From Octopus bimaculoides (taxonomy: Eukaryota): a DNA stretch of 36,627 bases. The stretch spans positions 27,391,792 through 27,428,418 of the forward strand of contig NC_069003.1 in assembly GCF_001194135.2 (NCBI RefSeq), read 5' to 3'. The position numbers and the translations under genes were made by a program. Shown here in pieces: positions 1-10,400 of the stretch. The notes below the pieces were generated by a model. That model made no database searches. It was not told the DNA's origin and worked only from the letters and a program-made list of their open reading frames with translations. Within the stretch, counting starts at the first letter, position 1; every line of letters begins with the position of its first letter.

Positions 1-211
1 ATCACCACCACCACCACTACAACCATGACCATCACTCTGACACTACTACTTCTACTCTCACCACAACCAAAGCACGATTATATTTATCAAAAGATAATCA
101 TTTGGACAAATCTTTCTCTCGTTTTCCATCTCTTCCTCCGCGTGTGTGAATGCGTGTGTCTCTGTGTGTGTGCATGTTTATGTATGTTCCTACCGTTGTA
201 TATGCGTGTGT

Positions 212-560
212 GGAGGCGCAATGGACCAGTGGTTAGGGCAGCGGACTCGCGGTCGTAGCATCGCGGTTTCGATTCCCAGACCGGGTGTTGTGCGTTTTTA
301 TTGAGGAAGGCTCTGGCAAAGGTTTGTGGCGAACCCTGCTGTACGCTTTCACCACAACTTTCTCTCGTTCTTTCTTCCTGTTTCTGTTGTACCCGTATTT
401 CAGAGGGCCAGCCTTGTCACACTCTGTGAGAAAACTACGTTAAGGGTACACGTTTCTGTGGAGTGCTCAGCCACTTGCACGTTAATTTCACGAGCAAGCT
501 GTTCCGTTGATTGGATCAACTGGAACCCTCGTCGTCGTCGTAACCGACGGAGTGCCAACA
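212..560 (+). mobile_element. tRNA-derived SINE (family A)
   Basis: tRNA-like head with Pol III A/B-box-like motifs (TGGACCAGTGGTTAGGG / GGTTTCGATTCC). A close second copy lies at 31193-31572. Confidence 0.85.
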
Positions 561-596
561 ATGTGTGTGTGTGTGTGTCTTTGTGCTTCATTGAAA

Positions 597-1010
597 ACAA
601 CGAGGCCAACAAGATATATTTATGTGGTAGGAAGTTGATGTTTATGAATGTATTCCATAACAAAGGGATTTTCTAAGTTTATTTCTAGATAGTCTTTTTT
701 GAGGATAGCATTGTAAATTGTTTTAGCAACAACATCGTGCCGCATAGGGAGGTAGTGCCATGACGACATTTTAGAACAGCTGCTAATTACAAGCGTAATG
801 TCTTCCACAGAAACATGGCGCAGCCTACACATGCGGTTGCACCTTGGGATTACGAGAGCGTCACTGTCTCTCTTGTTCACCAGCTACTTTCTTGCAATCT
901 CCTTTTCCAGGATTGCAAATGCATAGCCTTCAAAATGTAATGTGATGTAGTGGTATTGTGTCCAAGAGAGGCTGCGCTTCGTGTCAATTCTGTCTTCTTG
1001 AAGCATCCGG
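597..1010 (-). mobile_element. Decayed RLE-type non-LTR retrotransposon fragment (R4/NeSL-like, C-terminal region)
   Basis: Minus-strand translation FEGYAFAI.EKEI...CRL..VSVEDIT.VISSC...YLPMRHDVVAKTIYNAI matches the degenerate CCHC knuckle plus RHD motif of restriction-like-endonuclease LINEs. Contains a stop codon. Confidence 0.8.
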
Positions 1011-1046
1011 GTAACATACATATAACATTCACATATAAAGTTTCTA

Positions 1047-1301
1047 TGTACGTACGTATGTATGTACGTATGTATGTATGTATGTATGTATGTACCTGTC
1101 TGTTTATCTATCTATCTATCTATCTATCTATTTATCTATCTATAGACAGGAAGACGGAGGGACAAACAGAAGTTAGACGGACAGACTGACAGATAGTCAG
1201 AAAGATACATACATACATGCATACATACATACATACATACATACATCCATACATACATACATACATACATGCATACACACACACACACATACATACATAC
1301 A

Positions 1302-1332
<31 letters not shown>

Positions 1333-1347
1333 TGCTGGTTGTATAAT
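1047..1347. repeat. Compound tetranucleotide microsatellite (TATG/TATC/GACA/CATA) running into an assembly gap
   Basis: Directly visible. Confidence 0.95.
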
Positions 1348-2299
1348 NNNNNNNNNNNNNNNNNNNNNNNNNNNNNNNNNNNNNNNNNNNNNNNNNNNNN
1401 NNNNNNNNNNNNNNNNNNNNNNNNNNNNNNNNNNNNNNNNNNNNNNNNNNNNNNNNNNNNNNNNNNNNNNNNNNNNNNNNNNNNNNNNNNNNNNNNNNNN
1501 NNNNNNNNNNNNNNNNNNNNNNNNNNNNNNNNNNNNNNNNNNNNNNNNNNNNNNNNNNNNNNNNNNNNNNNNNNNNNNNNNNNNNNNNNNNNNNNNNNNN
1601 NNNNNNNNNNNNNNNNNNNNNNNNNNNNNNNNNNNNNNNNNNNNNNNNNNNNNNNNNNNNNNNNNNNNNNNNNNNNNNNNNNNNNNNNNNNNNNNNNNNN
1701 NNNNNCTCTCTCTCCAGCTTTTCTATTCACGTGTAACCACGAGAAAAGATTTCTTGTAAATAGCTTGAACCAATTTCGTTTTTCTCAAGACATCAATATC
1801 GCCTTTGTACAATATCTGAAGTACAAAAGAAATTTCTATAGTTTGTTTTGTCCGTGTTTTTTTTTTTAAATAAATCTTTCATTCCAAACTAATTCATCGT
1901 CTCTATTACTTTCGTTATCTCAAATTCTGTTTATGAGTTTTATTATTTTCTCTTTGCCACAAGATTCTTTAGGATATAATATTTTTTTTTTTTTACCTCT
2001 CTTCCTAGTATTCATGTTTATATTACAATTCCTCATCAATATTTCATTATATATCGCTTGCCCTTACTATCGTCTGCCGTATTTTCTTCATCTATTCTTT
2101 TGACATTTAGACATACATGCCAGTAATGGCGACTCTAATTCGTTACTCTATCTACTAGAAATAGCTACCAAGTCTTTCTCAAATAACACCCTACTCTCTT
2201 CAATAAAGGATTCATTGATCAGCATATTCTCTAATATACTAAAAGACTGGATGGACATGGCTCCCTCATCCTTCTTCCTGGTGGCAAATAAACAAAATC

Positions 2300-2662
2300 A
2301 TTATTATTATTATTATTATTATTATTGTTCAGTAGTTTTATTTTTATAACGTGCTTTCACTTCACTACCGAGCGCAGCTCTGTGTGCCTTGGGTATGTGC
2401 TGTGGTTTGCTGTGATGCTCTTATGGTTACTGTATTGAAAGTGTTTTGCGTAGGATGTGTGCAGTGCCCAGTAGTGCAATTTTCTGTATGTTATATATAT
2501 TTGTAAGTCCTGGTGTTTTTGTTATGTATTTGTCTGAATATTTTTTATTATACCTAAAGCACCTACTACGATAGGAATTGTTTCTGTTTTTAGATTCCAC
2601 ATTCGAGTTACCTCTATTTCCAGGTCTTTGTATTTTGAAAGTTTTTCCATTTCTTTTAGGGA
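2300..2662 (-). mobile_element. 5'-truncated RLE-type LINE 3' end with (AAT)n tail
   Basis: Minus strand encodes EKLSKYKDLEIEVTRMWNLKTETIPIVVGALG...IQKIALLGTAHILRKTLSIQ*, then a short 3' UTR and (AAT)n. Confidence 0.85.
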
Positions 2663-2734
2663 ATATTATTATTATTATTACTAGTATTATTAGTATTGTT
2701 GTTGTTGTTGTTATTATTGTTATTGCTTTTTCAG

Positions 2735-2971
2735 GTCAGAGCTACCTTCTTATTGATCCGTTATATACTGTCCAATGTTGTGGTCATATCTCAAGTTGGG
2801 AAATCTTCACTAAACGTGCTGGAACAGTCCGTATGCAAATATGGCGCCCCCAAAACAACAACAACAACAGCAGCAGCAACTACACTGATGTGGTGGACAA
2901 CAATAATTCAAAGGGCCAACAAAGCAATACCTATCAGTTAAGGGGTCAAAATAACCTTCTTGTTTCTCCAG
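2735..2971 (+). CDS. Exon 1 (first visible; phase 1-1): N-terminal non-cadherin module, part 1
   Basis: ttttcag acceptor and G|gtagga donor. Encodes [49 protein letters not shown]...[13 protein letters not shown]. Confidence 0.8.
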
Positions 2972-4158
2972 GTAGGAGAAAACACTGTCTTATCATTATT
3001 GTTATCGTTATTATTGCCGAGTCTGTTGTTGATATTATTGATCTTATCATCATCATCATCATCATCCTCATCGTCATCATCAGCATCCTCCTCATCATCA
3101 TCATCGTCATCATCAGCATAGTTATTTAAAGAAATTAATGGAAAATTAAACCTCAAATTCAGCCAATTTCTCCAGCCTGATGCCAGTCACAACAAAGATA
3201 TTTAAAAGCATAAACATTTAAAACAAACCTAAAAACTGCTGTCGATGTTATTTCCTTTAACCTGGTAACATTGATATTTGTGTCTGTGACAGCCAGATCT
3301 GTGTTTCTTATCATTGATATTATCTTAGCATTCTTGATAAGTTCTCTCATTAGTCCAAATGGAGATCTTCCCTTGATTTAACTGTTTTTTGTAATTATTT
3401 CCAATTTTAGATTAATAGTTCAAGGGTTCTATTTTTAGAAATCTTTATTCTTAATTCTCACTCATATTCACTTTCATTCATATTTTTGGTTGTGTTATTC
3501 TGGTAATTATTGTCATTATTTAATATATTTACTTATTTTCTACAGATAATATACAGAAAAAACTGGTTTTTCCTGTTACCCCGGCACAGTCTATTATGGT
3601 AAACACAGGAGATATGATTGGATGGTATGGTCTCTACAAGTTTCACATAACAAATTTCACTATAAGACTTTGGGTGTATGTATGTATGTGTGTATGTATG
3701 TATATATGTATGTATGTATGTATGAATGTATGTATGTATGTGTATAAATAGAGGGTGCATAAGATATTTGAAGACAGATTTATGTTTATAAAAAAATAGA
3801 TACCTAATAACAGATAATAACCTCTAGCTGTTTTGCAATGTCAGAAGCCTTCGAACAGGGTTCGTTTTCCACAATTCTCTTCAAACAGCAAAACTTCCTT
3901 TCCAGAGGCCCAAGTCGACCAGAACAAGAATCTGTTGATTCTTTTCCTTGGCTTTTGAATTGCATATTAACAGTAGCAAGAAGAATTTGAAGATTTTCGG
4001 TAATTTTTCGCTAGCCAAGACCAGCCTCAGATTGCCCAACAATAAAACCTCTTTGAAAATCTGACAGTTGTACTGAATCTTTTGTGCGTGGCATGGTTAC
4101 TCTTTGCAAATGTTTAATATAATGGCACCTGGAATAAAAAAGAATAATTACTGTATAC

Positions 4159-4200
<42 letters not shown>

Positions 4201-4425
4201 CAGACTTGTAAATATTTTGGGAGTATATGCCTTAACCTACTCTATAATAATAGTAATCATATTAAAACTATGGATTGCAGCTACTCCAGGAGTATGTGAG
4301 CATATTTCACAACCCTCTTGTGAGTTAAGCACATCATAGCATTTGCTTTACTTTATGTTTTGTATTCATAAATATCATAAACTGACTTGATACCAGTTGT
4401 GTGCCTGCCTATACATTTATTATAT

Positions 4426-4469
<44 letters not shown>

Positions 4470-5699
4470 GATAGGTAGATAGATATAAATATGCAAGAAT
4501 AATAATTTGCTTTATTAGGTCTTATTCAGGACGTGATATGATCACATACAATAAGAATGCTGCAACCAGAAGTACCATCTTGAGAACTTCGAAGATGCCA
4601 TCCCTGAAAATCGGAGACACATTTCAATTTCCTGTCAGAGTTATTGAAGATCGTAACTATGCTGTGAAAGCAGTTCTTTCATCTGGTAGGTATAGCAATA
4701 ACAGCAACAATAATAATGATGATGATGACTGATGATGATGGTTGATGGTGATTGATGATGATTGATGGTGATTGATGGTGATTGATGATGATTGATGGTG
4801 ATTGATGATGATTGATGGTGATTGATGATGATTGATGGTGATTGATGACAATGATTGATGGTGATTGATTGTGATTGATGATTGACGGTGATTGATGATT
4901 GATGGTGATTGATGATGGTGGTGATTGATGATTGATGGTTGATGGTTGTTGATGCTGATGATTGATGACGATGATGATTGTTGGTTGATGATTATGATGA
5001 TGATGATTGAGCTTACCAACCACATAGTTCCTGGTTCAGTCCCACTGCATGGCACTTTGGGCAAGTGTCTTCTACTGTAGCCTCGGGGTGACCAGAGCCT
5101 TGTGAGTGGACTGGGTAGACAGAAACTGAAAGCCCATCATATATATGTGTATACATACATACATATAGTGGATGTACTTAGTTGACTTTAGACGTTTCCA
5201 CTAATTAAATTGTGAAATAAAACATAACACTTTCTATCTTTGCCCACAGGTAAAGCACCAGTTTTTCGGAATCTACCTGCCGTGATATCTGTTCCAAGAA
5301 ATACTACTAAAGGGACATTGGTGTTTAGTATAAAAGCACATGATGATGACAGACAGGGCAAAATCTTCTTCCAGTTTATAGAATTTTCCAAGGAGAATAT
5401 TTCATTCCATCTGAATTCTGAAAGTGGTATATATTTATTCAAAGTTTTTCTGTTGTACGCACATACACATGCTTGCATGCGTGTGCAACACACACACACA
5501 CACATACACACACACACACACATACACACACACACACACACTTATATACGTATATACATACAAATACACATATATAGTCACATACATATATACACTGATA
5601 GATATGCATACACATATATATATATATATGTACATATGTGTACCTGAGTGTATGTGTGTGACTATGTGTATGACTATGTGTGCATGTATGTGTATGTGT

Positions 5700-5733
<34 letters not shown>

Positions 5734-5743
5734 NNNNNNNNNN

Positions 5744-5788
<45 letters not shown>

Positions 5789-7461
5789 GAGTGAGTGGAC
5801 AAATGAAAGAAGGGCACTCAACACATTAATTGGTAGTTGAAATTCAAAATGGCTGACGACTAGCATCATACTTGAAACTCAGAGTACCAACAAATTTGAA
5901 TAAAACTGTTTTGATCCATACATATATACAGGGTTGGCCTTCTGGAGTCAATTTAATTGATCTCTCTGCATCACAGATACAAATCAATATTGAGTTTTGT
6001 TTTCTTTTTTATATTTTAGGTGGGATATATTTGAATTCCAGTATTCCAGATATTGATTCCTTTAAACTGAAACTCCGAGTTTCTGATACTTGTGGCATGT
6101 ATTCTGACAGCATTTTAGACATTAGATTTAAACAAAAGAAACTGGGCAGTATATCGCCATTACAAGAGGTAAGTACATGTACTTGAGAGAGAGGTGAGGA
6201 GGAGAGTCTAAAAACAAGGAAGAAAGCAAAAGGGTGGGAAAAGTAAGGAATGAGAGAGCGGGGGAAGAAACAGAAAGAGAGGAACGTGTTGTGATAGTTG
6301 TAGACATCATAATAATTTTATAAACTTTTGAGAGAACATGAAACAATTTTGGGGTGGGATAGTAGGTCTCAAAATGCATAAAGCTATAAGTAATCTTTTT
6401 TGCTATAGGCACAAAGCCTGAAATTTTGGGAGAGGGAATAAATTGATTACATTGAACCAGTATGCAACTGGTACTTATTTTAGCAACTCCAAAAGGATGA
6501 AAGGCAAAGTCAACCTCAGTGGAATTTGAACTCAGAATGTAAAGACAGATGAAATGCCACGAAGCATTTTGCTGGATGTGCTTCTGATTCTGCCAGCTCA
6601 CTGCCTTAGCATAAATTTGTGAATAATGGTTTCAAATTCTGGCACAAGCCAGCACTTTTGGGGGAGGGGTAAGTCAATTACATCGACCCCAGTATACAAC
6701 TAGTACTTGTTTTATTGACCAAAAAAAAAATGAAAGGCAAAATCGATCTTGACAGAATTTGAACTCAGAACATGGACATATCAATTACTGAGAAGCATTT
6801 TCCCCGGCATGCTAACGATTCTGCCAGCTTGCTGCCTTAGAATAATGCTACAAATAATCTTTTCTACTATAGGCACAAAGTCTGAAATTTTGGGGGAGGA
6901 GGCTAGTCAATTACTTCAACCCCTGTATGCATTTGGTACTTATTTCATCGATCCCAAAAGGATGAAAGCAAGATTGATCTCAGCAAANNNNNNNNNNNNN
7001 NNNNNNNNNNNNNNNNNNNNNNNNNNNNNNNNNNNNNNNNNNNNNNNNNNNNNNNNNNNNNNNNNNNNNNNNNNNNNNNNNNNNNNNNNNNNNNNNNNNN
7101 NNNNNNNNNNNNNNNNNNNNNNNNNNNNNNNNNNNNNNNNNNNNNNNNNNNNNNNNNNNNNNNNNNNNNNNNNNNNNNNNNNNNNNNNNNNNNNNNNNNN
7201 NNNNNNNNNNNNNNNNNNNNATCTTTGCATGACTATTTGCAGCACTTCCAGTTTTACAATTTACCATTCCATATTGATGTGAGAGAGGACGCAAGCCAGC
7301 AGATGCTTCTGCGACAGTTCAACGTCAGTCATTCGGTGGCCGAAAGGAAAATATCCTGTTCTTTAATCAATGGAACTACGCAGAAGAATTTATTCCTTCT
7401 GAAACAAACCTTTCCATTCATAAGTGAGTAGAATTGTCCTACTTACGTACATATACATAAT

Positions 7462-7493
<32 letters not shown>

Positions 7494-10400
7494 TAATTAT
7501 AATGGTGTTTTTTTATAAACTTAAAGCTTATAGTGATCGCCGTGCAAATTGACTATGGAAAATAGTCTACTAATGGGGCATATAAGCCCTCAACAAAAAA
7601 GCAGGCTTTTCCATACATGTGGGACTTGAACCCACATCCCTTTTCCTTAGTCATTTGCACAGTGATTGCTATAAGCTTTAAGCTTATAAAAACAAATACC
7701 ATTATTATTATTTACAGAATTGTAAATCTCGACATCGCTTAACAAAACCATTCGCACCATGTGTATATGTGTGTGTGTGTTTAATAGTACTGTTTACCTT
7801 CAATCACTCCCAGTTTCTTTTTATTTACCATTGAAAAACAAAATATTGTTGAAACCAGTTTGGTATTTCAATAAATTTGTTACAAAATTTAAAAACTTCA
7901 TGTTTTAAGACTTAGGTGCATTTACAACCCCTGAAACTAACTCTCCTATATATATATATATATGTATAGGTTATGAGTGACAGTGATGTCAATTAGACCC
8001 AGAGGTTTCAAGTAATGCTGAGTAAGTGCTATGGATAGACCACGGTTAAGTTCCAGGTTCAGTGGTTATGCGAATAAGGAGTCGAACTTAGGTCATATAT
8101 CAGCGTGTGAATATAGGATATACTTTTCGTAATGAGATAAAAAAACCCAAGGCTGTGTATAATATAGAACATTTATAACATTTATATATATATATATGTA
8201 TGTGTGTATATTTCAGACACATATGAACTTTATTTGCGAGCCAAAGCCAAGTTATTGTATACAAAATTCACTTCACATGTAGCAGTTATAACCTGTTTTG
8301 ATGGTCACCAAAAGATTCAGTCGTCCCTTACAATGGATCTGATCAAGAACAAAGCTCCAGTTGTACATAATTTACCTGGTAAGTACCAAAACCATTCTCT
8401 AGAGTTTCAATATCATTTCGGATGATTTATTTTTTGGTCTTGCAATGTCTAATGTTTCTGGAACGGTGTTGTAAACGATGAGCGACTTAATTGATCATTG
8501 AAGCGAAAAAGAAATAAAAAGGAAAAAAGAAAATGGATGAATTTGCAAATATATTGTGGAATTATTAGACAGACAAATGAACGGACAATGGAAGAAGTAA
8601 TTCTTCAAATAAATGGAAAATCGAGTTTCTCAAGAATTATTCTATGCTGACGCCCACAATATATGTATGGATGCTTGTGTATGTGTGTTTGTGTGTGTAC
8701 ATACATGTATGTGGGTGTGGGTGTGTGCACATACATGCATATGTGTGTGCATAAGTATGTATGTATTATGTATATATGTATAATTATATATACATATATA
8801 CATATTCGCCATGATTGACTGCTAACTCCACAAGTTTTTTTTTTATTCCCTCTCTGTTTATTTCTTCATGTTCCTTTCTGTTGAAGGATGAAGACAGACA
8901 GACAGACACACACATTATATATTATATCTTATTTTATATTAGATTATATGTATATATATATATCTAGAGAGAGGGTGAGAGAGAAAAGGAGGGACAAAGA
9001 AAGCAGAGTAAGGGTAAAAGAGGAAATTCTGTAATAAGAGTGTGTGCATATTTAGCCCAAAAAGGCTGAGAAGCCATGCAACCTTGAGAAAAGCGAATTT
9101 GATTTTCGAAATCTGTATCCTAAGAATAATGTTGTCCATAAAATAATAATTATAAAATAAAATTTACTATGACAAATATATCGACTTTTATTTCAACAAC
9201 TCTCCTACCCTCTATCTACCATCATGAATCTGTCTCTATTATTTATCACACTCTTTATCACCTGCTCTCTATGTAGAGGGTCTTGCTGACAAATTTAGAC
9301 AATTTTTATGATGTATAAAACTGGTTATAAATATTAAAATAATGGTAGTAGACAGATAAAATTTTAATGTAACATTTATTACAACAAAAACATTTATCAC
9401 TCAGTATGGTTGCCCTTTTAGGCGATTACTGCTGCTACATGAGAACGAAATTTTTATGCAACGGCCACAACCGCTGCCTTTTTGATTTTGTGTGTTGCAT
9501 GCACAATGCAGGTCTTCATACTGTTGACACTCTAGTGTGGTGAAGCATTGGTCCTTGCTTGAAGTACACTCCATAAAAAGTAATCAAGGAGGTTGGGATC
9601 TGGGTTATTACTGGGCTAGATGTTGGCCCTCACAAAACATGGCACCTTCTCACCAAGGAAGGCCTGTGTTGCTTTTGAACCCTGGCATGGTGCAGAATCC
9701 ACATTGTTGTCAAGCCGAAACTTCTGCTCCATCTAAGGTCACAGAGAGTTCTTCAGGCTGTCCAGATACTCCTTTGTACCAAATTCAATGAAGTATGGAT
9801 CCATGGCACTTCCATCACTTGCCATGGCTCCAAATACCATCACAGAGGCAGGATTCTTAGTCTCAAACACAGGAGGGATATCAGAAGGGTTGTATGCAAT
9901 CATTCAAGAATTTCTGTGATTTACCTCAGTGTCCACAATGATCTTTTTCTCGTCCACAAACACGAGAGTTTTTCCTGCACCTCAATACTTGATGAATAAC
10001 AGAAGCTTGGGCATCTCTCAGCTCTGATTGCTTTGGCCTTGGCTGTTAGGAGGTGACGGCTTTGTCGAACATAGCTGGTCATGCCAAGGTTCCTGTTCAC
10101 AGCTCTGGGCACTATGGAAAGAGACACATTGCGTTTCTTTGTAAGAATTATGAATATCCAACTAATTTTGTTTTTGTTTGTCAAAGCTACTTACAAATTT
10201 TCCTTTAATCACTCAATTTCTTCCTCTGTTTCCATCACAATGAACATCTCTTCAATATGTTACATGAAAATTGTGTGTTTGTGTTATGGTAAATTCGTAT
10301 TTCTTTCTTGCTATGAATCTGATATTATATGTGTTTAACATTCATGTATTTGGCAACCAATTCACCATTCATAAAACTTTACCAAAAAATTTTCCACTCG

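Noticed and set aside
212-290. SINE heads as functional tRNA genes (also at 16378, 22183 and 31193)
   Set aside because: Only A/B-box-like pieces are present, without a full cloverleaf, and they continue into repeated SINE bodies.
1718-1755. Possible upstream exon after the gap (ctccag...gtaaat)
   Set aside because: The frame that would end in phase 1 contains TAA, and no signal-peptide-like sequence is present.
3159-3350. 63-aa minus-strand ORF (MRELIKNAK...)
   Set aside because: No recognisable motif. It could be a TE relic but I cannot support that.
4703-5008. Regular GAT-derived array as a CRISPR-like or coding repeat
   Set aside because: It has no unique spacers. It is a simple minisatellite in a eukaryotic intron.
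5853-5880. CTGACGA...GAAACTC hammerhead-like spacing
   Set aside because: There is no G10.1-C11.1 closure and no convincing helix I or III; likely chance.
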